A stretch of 64,000 nt of DNA from Alphaproteobacteria bacterium (GTDB taxonomy: Bacteria; Pseudomonadota; Alphaproteobacteria; MPNO01). The DNA is taken from positions 3,456,001-3,520,000 of the forward strand of contig OZ219866.1 in NCBI GenBank assembly GCA_964291675.2, in the 5' to 3' direction. Made by a program: the position numbers and the translations under genes. Below the pieces are notes generated by a model, which saw only the letters and a list, made by a program, of their open reading frames with translations, had not been told where the DNA came from and made no database searches. Shown here piece after piece: positions 50,929-64,000 of the stretch (its first letter is position 1; each line of letters starts with the position of its first letter).

Positions 50929-52731
50929 ATGGCGATAGCGCCGGATTTCCTCGACGAGATCCGCGCCCGTGTCGGGCTTGGCGACGTCATCGCGCGCCAT
51001 GTGTCGCTCAAGCGCGCCGGGCGCGAGCTCAGCGGCCTCTGCCCGTTCCACAACGAGAAGACCCCGTCTTTCACGGTCAGCGAGGAGAAGGGGTTTTTCC
51101 ACTGCTTCGGCTGCGGCGCGCATGGCGACGTGATCGGCTTCGTCATGCGCCAGGAGGGGCTCTCCTTCCCCGAGGCGGTCGAGCGCCTGGCTTCCGAGGC
51201 GGGGCTCGAAATGCCGCGGGCGACCCCGGCGGAGCGCGAGGCGGAACGGCAGAGGGCGAACCTGCACGACGCGATGGAGCGCGCCTGCCGCTTCTTCGAG
51301 GCCGAGCTGCGAAGCCCGAGGGGCGCCCGGGCGCTGGCCTATCTGGCGGAGCGGCAGATCGACGCGGCGACCATCGCCCGGTTCCGGCTGGGCTACGCGC
51401 CGGATTCGCGGACCGCGCTGCGCAACGCGGTGATGGACGCCGACCACCCCGAGGCGCTGCTCGTCGAGGCCGGTCTGCTGATCCGCCCGGACAGCGGCAC
51501 CCCCTATGACCGGTTCCGCGGCCGGGTGATCTTTCCCATCGCCGACCGGCGCGGCCGGGTGATCGCGTTCGGCGGCCGGACGCTCGGCGACGGCACCCCG
51601 AAATACCTCAACTCGCCGGAGACGCCGCTGTTCGACAAGAGCCGCGTGCTGTACGGCATGGCGACCGCGCGCGAGGCGGCGCACCGCAACCGCCGGGTGA
51701 TCGTGACCGAGGGCTACACCGACGTGATCGCGCTCAACCGGGCGGGATATGCGGAGGCGGTGGCGCCGCTCGGCACCGCGCTGACCGAGAGCCATCTGCA
51801 CGCGCTGTGGCGCATGGCGCCCGAGCCGATCCTGTGCTTCGACGGCGACGAGGCCGGAAAGCGGGCGGCCCGGCGCGCCGCCGAGCGGGCGCTGCCGCTG
51901 CTGGAGCCCGGCCGGTCGCTGCAATTCGTGTCCCTGCCGCCGGGCCTGGACCCGGACGGGCTGGTCGCCGAGGGCGGCAGCGGCGCCGTCGATGCCTGTC
52001 TGGCGGGGCGGCGCGGCCTGGTCGAGCTGGTGTGGGAGATGCACGCCGAGGGCCGGAATTTCGATACGCCCGAACGGATCGCCGGTCTCGAACAGGCGCT
52101 GGAGCGCGCCGCCGACAGGATCGACAACCGCAGGGTGCAGTACCAGTACCGGACCCGCTTCCGAAGCCGGCTCGACGACCGGTTCGGCTTCCGGCGCGGC
52201 CCGCGCCGGCGCGGCGGCGGCGAAGGGATCGGCATCCGCCCCGGCATGTCGCCCGAGACGCTGCCGCGCAGCACCGTCCGACATGTCGTCGCGACCCTGC
52301 TGCGCCACCCGCCGCTGATCGAGGAGTTCGACGAACGCCTGGCTTCGCTGGAGGTGGAAGAGCGGCGGGTGGACGGCCTGCTGCGGCGAATCCTGGCCGT
52401 GGTTCACGACGCGCCGGGGCTTGACGAACACGGACTCAAGAGCCACTTGAGCGGGACGGATGCGGAGCTGGCCGAGGCTCTGATCCGCGCCGATGTCTAT
52501 ACGCAATGGCGTTTTGCCGGGCCTGACGCTACAATCGAGTCGGCACGGTCCGGCGTTTCCCATGCCTTGGACGGGCTTGAGTTGTCCAGTGTGAAGGCGG
52601 ATTTGGCAGCGGCGGAAATGGCACTTGCCAACGATCCCAGCGAAGAGAACGTAGAGCGACTGATCCAATTGAAGGCCGAACTCGAACTTTTCGACGGCGA
52701 GGACGCGGTGCCCGCCGGGGAGACGGGCTAG
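50929..52731 (+). CDS. dnaG: DNA primase
   Basis: CPFHNEKTPSF, CFGC, KYLNSPET, EGYTD, FDGD, DPD. Confidence 0.96.
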   Translation: MAIAPDFLDEIRARVGLGDVIARHVSLKRAGRELSGLCPFHNEKTPSFTVSEEKGFFHCFGCGAHGDVIGFVMRQEGLSFPEAVERLASEAGLEMPRATPAEREAERQRANLHDAMERACRFFEAELRSPRGARALAYLAERQIDAATIARFRLGYAPDSRTALRNAVMDADHPEALLVEAGLLIRPDSGTPYDRFRGRVIFPIADRRGRVIAFGGRTLGDGTPKYLNSPETPLFDKSRVLYGMATAREAAHRNRRVIVTEGYTDVIALNRAGYAEAVAPLGTALTESHLHALWRMAPEPILCFDGDEAGKRAARRAAERALPLLEPGRSLQFVSLPPGLDPDGLVAEGGSGAVDACLAGRRGLVELVWEMHAEGRNFDTPERIAGLEQALERAADRIDNRRVQYQYRTRFRSRLDDRFGFRRGPRRRGGGEGIGIRPGMSPETLPRSTVRHVVATLLRHPPLIEEFDERLASLEVEERRVDGLLRRILAVVHDAPGLDEHGLKSHLSGTDAELAEALIRADVYTQWRFAGPDATIESARSGVSHALDGLELSSVKADLAAAEMALANDPSEENVERLIQLKAELELFDGEDAVPAGETG

Positions 52732-52818
52732 GGCAGGAATTTTCGGCGCCGGGGGCATGCCCCGGTGCCGCGCAGCCGGAGCTCCGGCTGCCCGGGGTAC
52801 ACATCGACAGGGGCGGCG

Positions 52819-54774
<1,956 letters not shown>

Positions 54775-54829
54775 CGCGGACCGGCGCTCCGGCTCCGGTC
54801 CGAACCGTGTAGAGCCGGGAGCGGCCCCT

Positions 54830-56324
<1,495 letters not shown>

Positions 56325-56332
<8 letters not shown>

Positions 56333-58403
56333 CCTGCCGCTGCCCCCTGGGGAGGAGGAAGATCTGACCGGGATAGATCAGGTCCGGATCGCGGATCTGA
56401 TCCCGGTTGGCCTCGTAGATCAGCGTGTACTGGATGCCGCCGCCATAGGTCCGGCGCGCGATGCGCCACAGGCTGTTGCCCGGCTGGACGAACACCACGG
56501 CGTCGCGCGGCAGATCGCTGATCGGACCGGCGGGGAAGAACGGCGACTCGACGCGCGCGACCACCTTCCCGTCCGGGGCGACCTGGTCGACCCGCACCGT
56601 GTAGCGCCGGGACTCCACCCTGTCGCCCAGATCGACCCGCCATACCCCCGACTGCCCGGGATCGGCCCCGCCGACCGGCCGGTCGTCCAGATACAGCAGG
56701 ACCCGCGACCCCTCCGGCGCGCGGCCGCCTATGGCGACCCTGCCCTGCTGGTCGTAATCCACGGTGTCCAGCGAGAGTTGCGATCCCTGCTCTCCCGCCT
56801 GGCCCGGTCGACCGGAAGTCGTCGAGCCGGCAGGCTCCGCGCGTGCGGCCTCGCCCGCGCGTTCCGGGGCGGCGGGCTGCGGGGCCCGGGCGGCGGACGA
56901 CGGTTGCGCCGGACTGGGACCTCCGGTTTCCCCGGCGGACGGCGTCGCGGGAGGTCCGGGCTTCTGCATCACCTCGGAGCCGGCCGATCCGCTGCGCGGA
57001 ACGGTCAGCGCGAGCACGCCCGTCTTGCCCTCGGTCGGCCGCCCGGCGATATCCTTCCCGGGTTCGGGGACGACGACGATGACCTTCTTGTCGGATTGCG
57101 CTTCGGTCTCCGGCTCGTCCGGATCGGTGCGGCTCGTCGCCTCCAACTCGTGATCCCCCGGCTCCAGCGGCCGGTCCGGGATGAGCACCCAGTCTCCGCG
57201 CTTGTCCGCCGTGGTCCGGCCGATCTCCTCGCCCTTGTCCAGAACCGTCACTTCGGCGCCCGGCCGGGCGCGGCCGGCGATCACGGTGTTGCCTTCGGGG
57301 CTGACCCGGACCACGTCGAAGCTCGGCCCCGGCTTCTCTGCCTCCGTCTCGGAGGTCCGGCGTGCCGATCCCGGCTCTGTCCCCGCGGTCTTCTCCGGTG
57401 CCCGTTCATCGGCCGCGGCGGCTTTCGCTGCCGGTTCGGCGGTCGGTCGCCGGGCCTGCGCGGGAAGCCGGCTCGCGGTTGCCGCCGTGCCGCCCGCGGT
57501 ATCGGTCCGGTCGCGCGCGGCGGGCTTCGGTGCAGGGGCCTGGGCGGCGGCGGTCCCGGGCGCGGGCTTGGCCGCCGGCGGTTCGGCCTGCGCGGCGGGT
57601 CGGGTATCGGCTGCCGCCGTGCCCCCCGCTCGTTCGGGCTGGCCGCGCGCGGCTGCCTGCGGCGCAGGGGCTTGAGTGGCGGCGGTCCCGGGCGCGGGCT
57701 TGGCGGCTGGGCGCTCGGCCTGCGCGGGAGGTCGGGTATCGGCTGCCGCCGTGCCGCCCGCTCGTTCGGTCTGGCCGGGCGCGGCTGCCTGCGGCGCAGG
57801 GGCTTGAGTGGCGGCGGTCCCGGGCGCGGGCTTGGCCGCCGGGCGCCCGGCCTGTGCGGCGGGTCGGGTATCGGCTGCCGCCGTGCCGTCCGCTCGTTCG
57901 GTCTGGCCGGGCGCGGCGGGCTTCGGCGCAGGGGCCTGGGTGGCGGCGGTCTCGGGCGCGGGCTTGGCCGCCGGCGGTTCGGCCTGCGCGGCGGGTCGTG
58001 TTTCGGTTGCCGCCGTGCCGCCCGCTCGTTCGGTCTGGCCGCGCGTGGCGGTTTCCTGTACCGGGGCCTGGGTGGCGGCGGTCCCGGGCTCGGCGGCCGG
58101 TCGCCCGGCCTCCACCGGCGCCTCCGTCGCGACCTCGTCGCGCGCAGCGGTCTCCGACAGCCGGGTCTGCGCCCCGCCCGACCCCGGCGCAGGCTCGGCG
58201 GGCGACTCTCCCGTCGCTTCCGGTCGGTCGGGCTGCCGCGGCGCGATCTCCGATTCCGGCTTGGCGGGTGCGGGAATCGTCGACGTGGCGCCGGCCCGCG
58301 CCGTCTCGGCGTCTTCCGTCCCGCGGTCGGCAAACAACAGCAGCAGGATCGCGGCCACGACGATCGCAATCCCGGCGACGCCGAGAACGATGTTCCTGTT
58401 CAA
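56325..58403 (-). CDS. Membrane-anchored LysM protein with Ig-like domains and Ala/Pro repeat linker
   Basis: N-terminal TM; PSFDVVRV; C-terminal [11 protein letters not shown]...[11 protein letters not shown]; TTG start. Confidence 0.88.
57440..58110. repeat. About 5 tandem 132-bp (44-aa) coding repeats
   Basis: CGGGTATCGGCTGCCGCCGTGCC at 57601, 57733, 57865; variant at 57997. Confidence 0.88.
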
Positions 58404-58548
58404 CTGACTACCATCCCGATCGCGACAACACGCCTGTGCTAATATAGGCGCAGTCCGGGCAAAATACATCGCTGCCCTGCACAGCTTGTGTCGCCGTCGA
58501 GCCTAGAGGCGGCCCCGATGCGGGGCTGCGGTCCGCCGGGGAGGTTTC

Positions 58549-59982
58549 GTGGGCGAACTCGTCGCCTTGCCCGTCTGGCTCGTCGTGCTGGTCTCGGCAC
58601 TCGCCCTGCTTTCCCTTTTCGGCCACTTCCTCATGCCGGGCACGCGCTGGGTGCTCCGGCGCCGCGTCTACCGGGTCATCGAGGACGTGAATTCGAGGCT
58701 GCGGATCGACCTGCCGCCGTTCATGCTGACCAAGCGCGACACGCTGATCGACCGCCTGATCTACGACGAGAAAGTGCTCGGGGCGGCTTCCGAGGCGGCT
58801 TCCGAGCGGGACGTGCCGCAGCAGATCGTCGTCGAGGAGATCCGGGGCTACGCCGAAGAGATCGTGCCCGGGTTCAACGCCTATTTCTATTTCCGCCTCG
58901 GCTACCGGCTGGCCCGCCGCTTCATCCGCTTCTTCTATCGCGTGCGGCTCGGCTACGCCGACCAGGAAACGCTCGACAAGATGGACAGCGGCGCCAGCCT
59001 GGTGCTGGTGATGAACCACCGCAGCAATTTCGACTACCTGCTCATCACCTATCTCGCCTCGCGCCGCGCCGCGCTCTCCTATGCGGCGGGCGAGTGGACG
59101 CTGTTCTGGCCGGTGGCGAATCTGCTGCGCGCGATGGGCGCCTATTTCGTGCGGCGCAACTCTAGGAATCCGCTCTACCGGCGCGTGGTGGAGCGCTACG
59201 TCCAGCTCGCGGTGGAGGGCCGCGTGCCCCAGGCGCTGTTCCCCGAGGCCGGGCTGTCGCATGACGGCGGGCTGCGGCCGCCCAAGGCCGGGCTGATCGA
59301 CTACATCATGCGCGGCTTCGACGTCGAGTCCTCGCCCGATGTCCTGTTCGTCCCCGTTGCCATCAACTACGAGCGGGTGGTCGAGGACCGCACCCTGCTG
59401 CGCCATGGCGACGAGGCGATGCTCAGCCAGCGCGGCACCGTCTTCGTCCTGCGCTCCACGGTCGCGTTCTTCCTCCGCACCTCGCTCGAGCTGATCCACG
59501 GGCGACGCCAGCGATTCGGCCGGGCCTGCGCCAATTTCGGGGCTCCGGTCTCCCTCAAGGCGTGGCTTGCCGAGAACGAGGTCGTGCTCGATGGACTCGA
59601 CCGCGAGACCCGCTACGGCGTCTCCATGAAGCTCGTGACCGGGTTGATGGAGGAGGTGGGCAGGCTGATTCCCGTGCTGCCGGTCTCGCTGATCGCGACC
59701 GCGATGGCGGAAAGCCCCGACCGGGTGCTGAGCGAGCTGGAGCTGAAGGCGGGCGTGCACCGGCTCATCGGCGCGTTCGAGAGCACCGGCGCGCATGTGT
59801 ATGTTCCCTTCGGCGAAGAGAGCCTGGCCGTCAGCGACGGGTTGAAGCTGCTGCTGAAGCGCCGAATCCTGCTTGAAGATCCGCCCGGCAGGTACAAGGT
59901 AAACCCCGAAGAACGCAAATTGCTGGATTTCTACGTCAAGCCCGTGAACCACTTGCTGCCAGAGCGGGGCGCCGCGTCTTGA
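58549..59982 (+). CDS. Glycerol-3-phosphate acyltransferase-like (PlsB/PlsC family)
   Basis: NHRSNFD (HX4D), GAYFVRR, FPEAG, VPVAINY. Confidence 0.85.
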   Translation: MGELVALPVWLVVLVSALALLSLFGHFLMPGTRWVLRRRVYRVIEDVNSRLRIDLPPFMLTKRDTLIDRLIYDEKVLGAASEAASERDVPQQIVVEEIRGYAEEIVPGFNAYFYFRLGYRLARRFIRFFYRVRLGYADQETLDKMDSGASLVLVMNHRSNFDYLLITYLASRRAALSYAAGEWTLFWPVANLLRAMGAYFVRRNSRNPLYRRVVERYVQLAVEGRVPQALFPEAGLSHDGGLRPPKAGLIDYIMRGFDVESSPDVLFVPVAINYERVVEDRTLLRHGDEAMLSQRGTVFVLRSTVAFFLRTSLELIHGRRQRFGRACANFGAPVSLKAWLAENEVVLDGLDRETRYGVSMKLVTGLMEEVGRLIPVLPVSLIATAMAESPDRVLSELELKAGVHRLIGAFESTGAHVYVPFGEESLAVSDGLKLLLKRRILLEDPPGRYKVNPEERKLLDFYVKPVNHLLPERGAAS

Positions 59983-61406
59983 AGGCTGGCCCGGTCTTTC
60001 CCGAGGGCTGGGAACCGCGTCTCACCGCCGAGGATTTCAGCGAGAGATGGTTGTGCTCGCCCGTCGGCGCGGGGCTGGCGCGGCCGTGGTTCGACCCCGT
60101 GGCGCTGTGGCTTCTGGGGCGCTGGTTCTTCCCGCTGTCGCGGCTGTGGGCGGCGGCGCGGGCCGCCAACGGGTCGCTGCTCAAGTTCTACGAGGAAGTG
60201 CCGATGGACCCGATCCCGGGGATCGGGGCCAGGCTGCGCAAGACGCTCGACCGGTTCGAGACCGCCCGCGAGGCGGTGAACGCGACCGAAGCGCGCTGGC
60301 GACAGGTGTTCTTCGGCGAAGACGGGACCGAGCTCTACCGCCTGGTGGCGATCGAGGCCGCGCGGCGCGACCGGCGCAACGCCTACAACGCCACGCGGCG
60401 GCATTTCTCCTATCTCAGGCGCCGGCGGCGGGTGCCGCCGGTGCGCTGGGATGTGCCGGGCGCGGCGGAGGTCGAGGCCGAGTACGGCGCCTGGCTGGCC
60501 GATCCCGCCGCCGCCTTCGCGCCGGAACCGCCGTTTCCCGAGGTGTTCGAGTCGCAGCGCGTGCCGGGGCCGGTGGGCGAGGAGTACTGGCTCAGGTTCC
60601 GCTCGCCCAGCCCGGTGATGGACGACGACGTGTTCGCCCGGGTCTACGAGCCGGTCGGCGTCGCCGATCCGCCCACGCTGGTGTTCGGCCACGGAATCTG
60701 CGTCGAGTTCGACCACTGGCACGGGCTGGTCGACGAGGTCTTCCTGATGTGCCAGATGGGGATCCGCGTGGTCCGGCCGGAAGCGCCGTGGCACGGCAGG
60801 CGGGTCCCCGACGGGCGCTATGGCGGCGAGATGTTCATCGCCCGCGCGCCGCGCGGCGCGCTGGACACGTTCTCCGCCCAGCTGCTCGAATGGCCGGTGC
60901 TGATCGACTGGAGCCGGCGGACCAGCCGCGGCCCGGTCGCCGTCGGCGGCAGCAGCCTCGGCGCGCTGCTCTCCCAGCTTCTCGCGGTCAGGGCGAGCGC
61001 CTGGCCGGCCGCGGTCCGGCCCGACGCGCTGTTCCTCGTCACCCATTGCGGGCATCACGAGGACGCGGCGCTGCGCGGCAGCATGGCCCGGCTCTGGGGC
61101 GTTGAGGACGCCATCGCCGCGCGCGGCTGGACCCGCGACGAGGCCTTGCGCTGGCTCCCTTTGCTCGACCCCCAGGGCGGCCCCCCGGCGATGGACCCGG
61201 AGAACATCGTCACCGTGCTCGGCAGCCGCGACACCGTGACCCCGTTCGCCACCGGCAAGGCGCTGATCGACGAATGGCGGGTGCCGCCGGAGAACCGCTT
61301 CATCTGGCGGCGCGGCCATTTCTCGGTGCCGATGCAGATGATGCGCGACCGTACCCCGCTGGAGCGCCTCAAACAGCTGCTCGAACGGCTCGGCGCCTCG
61401 GGCTAG
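59979..61406 (+). CDS. Alpha/beta-hydrolase-fold protein
   Basis: FGHG, PWHG, GSSLG nucleophile elbow, D..TP, GH near C-terminus. Confidence 0.65.
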   Translation: MKAGPVFPEGWEPRLTAEDFSERWLCSPVGAGLARPWFDPVALWLLGRWFFPLSRLWAAARAANGSLLKFYEEVPMDPIPGIGARLRKTLDRFETAREAVNATEARWRQVFFGEDGTELYRLVAIEAARRDRRNAYNATRRHFSYLRRRRRVPPVRWDVPGAAEVEAEYGAWLADPAAAFAPEPPFPEVFESQRVPGPVGEEYWLRFRSPSPVMDDDVFARVYEPVGVADPPTLVFGHGICVEFDHWHGLVDEVFLMCQMGIRVVRPEAPWHGRRVPDGRYGGEMFIARAPRGALDTFSAQLLEWPVLIDWSRRTSRGPVAVGGSSLGALLSQLLAVRASAWPAAVRPDALFLVTHCGHHEDAALRGSMARLWGVEDAIAARGWTRDEALRWLPLLDPQGGPPAMDPENIVTVLGSRDTVTPFATGKALIDEWRVPPENRFIWRRGHFSVPMQMMRDRTPLERLKQLLERLGASG

Positions 61407-61576
61407 CGGGTGGTGGGCCCGGCAGGGGCCGGGCGGTCAACTCACGTTCGATCCATTTGACCCTATCGAAACAGCTTATTGATCTATTTTAGAATATCAC
61501 CATTTGATCTGCGTCCGCCGAATTGATACATGAAGATTAATTGTGATGGCTTATCGATAGATATAAGTGCATCAAT

Positions 61577-62179
61577 ATGAACTATGCCACCGAGCCTATC
61601 GCCCGCGCGCTCAGAAACGCCCGCGAAGCCCGCGGGCTGAGCCAGCGCGCGCTCGGCGCCAAAGCCGGGATCGCCCAGGGACACATCTCGAAGATCGAGA
61701 ACGGTGCGGTGGATCTCCGGCTCTCCAGCCTGGTCGAGCTCGCCCGCGTGCTGGATCTGGACCTCGTGCTGGTGCCCCGCAAGGCGCTTCCCGCCGTCGA
61801 CGCCATAGTCGGGCGGCGCGACGCAACGACGCCGGCGCCCGCGCAAGCCTCGCGGCGCTCGCTCGACGCGCTCAACGCGCTTCAGGACCTGGCCGCCCGC
61901 GCGGCGCGGGCCCGCCCGGCCGTGGTCGAGCTGGCCCGGATCCAGCGGCAGGTCCGCGACCTCCGGCACTTCGCGATTCCCGGAGACCGTCTCGGCGCGA
62001 TCCGCGACGTAGCGGCGGCGGTGAAGGCCTTCCACGAGAACGCCGCTGGTGCGGGCGCGCTTCACGACGCGCTCGCGCACCTCGACGGCCTGCGCAACGC
62101 GCTCGCACATGCCCTGCCTGCTGGCGAAGACGCTGCAACCGCCCGGCCCGCCTACAGCCTGGACGACGACGATGGCTGA
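61577..62179 (+). CDS. hipB: XRE-HTH antitoxin (HipB-like, extended C-terminus)
   Basis: LSQRALGAKAGIAQGHISKIENG; overlaps hipA start. Confidence 0.8.
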   Translation: MNYATEPIARALRNAREARGLSQRALGAKAGIAQGHISKIENGAVDLRLSSLVELARVLDLDLVLVPRKALPAVDAIVGRRDATTPAPAQASRRSLDALNALQDLAARAARARPAVVELARIQRQVRDLRHFAIPGDRLGAIRDVAAAVKAFHENAAGAGALHDALAHLDGLRNALAHALPAGEDAATARPAYSLDDDDG

Positions 62180-63434
62180 CGTCCACACCCTCGACGTCCT
62201 GCTTCACGGAGTTCCCATCGGCACGCTCACGCATGTGGCGGGGGAGCGCACGCTGTTCGCCTTCGCCGAGGACTACGTGGCGGACGAATGCCGGCCTGTC
62301 CTCGGGCTCGCCTTCAAGGACCGGTTCGGGGAGCTCATCGAGGAATTCAGGCCCAGGCGTGTCAGGCTGCCGCCGTTCTTCTCGAACCTTCTGCCCGAAG
62401 GGCGGATGCGCGACTACCTGGCCGCGCGCGCCGGCGTGAATCCGGTGCGCGAGTTCTTCCTGCTGCGGGCGCTCGGGAGCGACCTGCCGGGCGCCGTCAC
62501 CGTCGTGCCGGCCGGGGGCGAGGCACGGTCGCACGACGTCGACGATCGCGACGAGCGGCATCGCCGCGGGCGCGGCAACGCGCTGCGCTTCTCGCTGGCC
62601 GGCGTCCAGCTCAAGTTTTCCGCGATCGAGGCGGCGCGAGGCGGGTTGACGATCCCGGTGCACGGCATGGGCGGATCGTGGATCGTGAAGCTGCCGTCCC
62701 GCGAATTCGAAGGCGTGCCCGAGAACGAATTCGCCATGATGACGCTCGCCCGAACGATCGGCATGGACGTACCGGCCCTGAAGCTCGTCGATCCGGCAGC
62801 CATAGGGAACCTGCCCCGGGATATCGGCGTGCCGGATGGACCTGCCCTCGCCGTCCAGCGCTTCGACCGGCTCGCGGACGGAACCCCCGTTCATGTCGAG
62901 GACTTCGCCCAGATCTTCGGCGTCTATCCCGAGGACAAGTACAAGAAGGCGAGCGCCCGCAGCATCGCCGGCGTCATCGGTGCCGAGGGAAGCGAGGACG
63001 ACACCGCCGAGTTCATTCGCCGGCTCACCTTCAACACCCTGATCGGCAACGCCGACATGCATCTCAAGAACTGGTCGCTGATCTATCCCGACAGGCGGCG
63101 TGCGACGCTCGCGCCGGCCTACGATTTCGTCTCCACGATCCCCTACATCCCGGACGACGGGGCGGCGCTCAATTTCAGCCGAACCAGGCGCTTCGATGGA
63201 TTCTCCGAGGACGAGCTTGCCCATCTCGCGGCCAGGGCGCGGCTGTCCGCCAGGCTGGTGCTCGACACCGCCCGCGAGACGGTCGAGCTCTTCCACCAGC
63301 ACTGGAACGCCGACAAGGCGCATCTGCCGCTCGCCGACAGCGTCGCCGATGCCGTCGAAAGGCAGCTGGAGACCGTGCCCGTTGCCGGGCGGGGCGCGGT
63401 CCGATCGCGCCGGTCGACCGGAAGGGGAGCGTAG
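62172..63434 (+). CDS. hipA: HipA family kinase toxin
   Basis: PPFFSNLLPEG, FSLAGVQLK, RFDR, GNADMHLKN, LAPAYD. Confidence 0.92.
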   Translation: MADVHTLDVLLHGVPIGTLTHVAGERTLFAFAEDYVADECRPVLGLAFKDRFGELIEEFRPRRVRLPPFFSNLLPEGRMRDYLAARAGVNPVREFFLLRALGSDLPGAVTVVPAGGEARSHDVDDRDERHRRGRGNALRFSLAGVQLKFSAIEAARGGLTIPVHGMGGSWIVKLPSREFEGVPENEFAMMTLARTIGMDVPALKLVDPAAIGNLPRDIGVPDGPALAVQRFDRLADGTPVHVEDFAQIFGVYPEDKYKKASARSIAGVIGAEGSEDDTAEFIRRLTFNTLIGNADMHLKNWSLIYPDRRRATLAPAYDFVSTIPYIPDDGAALNFSRTRRFDGFSEDELAHLAARARLSARLVLDTARETVELFHQHWNADKAHLPLADSVADAVERQLETVPVAGRGAVRSRRSTGRGA

Positions 63435-63464
63435 CCGATCGAAGACGAGGCCGTTGCGTGGGCT

Positions 63465-63541
63465 TGGTGGGCCCGGCAGGACTTGAACCTGCGACAACGC
63501 CGTTATGAGCGGCGCGTTCTAACCAGCTGAACTACGGGCCC
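63465..63541 (-). tRNA. tRNA with CAT anticodon, most likely tRNA-Ile2 (lysidine)
   Basis: GGGCCCGTAGTTCAGCTGGTTAGAAC...CTCATAA...GGTTCAAGTCC...GGGCCCACCA, 77 nt with encoded CCA. Confidence 0.9.
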
Positions 63542-63688
63542 GGGGCGAAGCTGCCACTTCCCCGGTGCGGTGACAAGCGTGCCGTGCGGGCCCGCCCGCT
63601 CCCGGTTGGATCGCCGGGGCCGGACGGGTAGAGTGTCTGCCGACGCGCCGCGGCCGGAGTCCGGGGGCGGCGCGGGAAAGGGGGATGC

Positions 63689-64000
63689 GTGGACGCCGTC
63701 GCGAAGGCTCATCTGTGGCTGCTGAACCTGTTCAAGGCCGGTTCGGGGCTGATCATATTCGCGGTGTTCGTGGTCATCGTCGCCGATGTCGGGCTGACCA
63801 TCCTCGCCGGGTGGGGCCTCCCCGTACTTCCCTGGGACCGCACCCACGGGCTGGTCGAGTACGGGCTGCTGTGGTTCACCATGCTGGCCGCGCCCTGGCT
63901 CGTGCGCATCAAGGGTCACGTGTTCGTCGACGCCCTCACCCAGCTCCTGCCCCCGCGGGTCAAGCTGGCGACGGCGAAGTTCGCCTATCTCGTGGCGATC
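63689..64000 (+). CDS. dctQ: TRAP small permease DctQ (partial, runs off window)
   Basis: EYGLLWFTMLAAPWLVRIKGHVFVD, similar to 38216..38728. Confidence 0.8.
   Translation, partial: MDAVAKAHLWLLNLFKAGSGLIIFAVFVVIVADVGLTILAGWGLPVLPWDRTHGLVEYGLLWFTMLAAPWLVRIKGHVFVDALTQLLPPRVKLATAKFAYLVAI

Larger units (their letters stand above)
61411..63480. mobile_element. tRNA-anchored mini-island carrying only hipBA
   Basis: 16-bp direct repeat TGGTGGGCCCGGCAGG at 61411-61426 and 63465-63480 (tRNA 3' end). Confidence 0.75.

Noticed and set aside
57440-58110. CRISPR-like periodic array
   Set aside because: Contiguous in-frame coding repeats with no unique spacers and no cas genes
63465-63541. Initiator or elongator tRNA-Met call
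   Set aside because: Paired G1-C72 and no GGG/CCC anticodon stem exclude fMet; the acceptor stem looks like Ile2, though tRNAscan-SE should confirm

Overview
High-GC alphaproteobacterial chromosome segment, judged from the rpoD/dnaG/greA, TRAP and ABC gene style. The backbone is rich in aromatic/N-heterocycle catabolic enzymes and transporters: LigB-type dioxygenase, two FAD monooxygenases, two Rieske oxygenases, UbiD, CoA-transferase, four TRAP loci and two ABC loci. Housekeeping genes include greA, yqeY-dnaG-rpoD, bioD, psuG and tRNA-Ile2(CAT). The main feature is a 13.6-kb IS66-bounded composite element (3204-16779, 8-bp target duplication ACGCTGAA) inserted in a decayed dctM. Its left IS66 carries three nested insertions: (i) a 4-gene TG..CA element (Zn-finger/HTH, DDE transposase, ExeA-like AAA ATPase, AAA_25/RepA-like helicase); (ii) a large serine recombinase element in tnpC, whose excision would assemble a new gene across attP; (iii) a group II intron sitting one base inside the IS66 right tip. 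Its cargo is a secreted FGE-sulfatase/CLec protein with the hallmarks of a diversity-generating retroelement target, but no TR, Avd or DGR RT lies in the window. A second group II intron, a vapBC pair and an integrase-less hipBA mini-island at the tRNA 3' end are also present. All calls come from reading the sequence by eye; no database searches were run.
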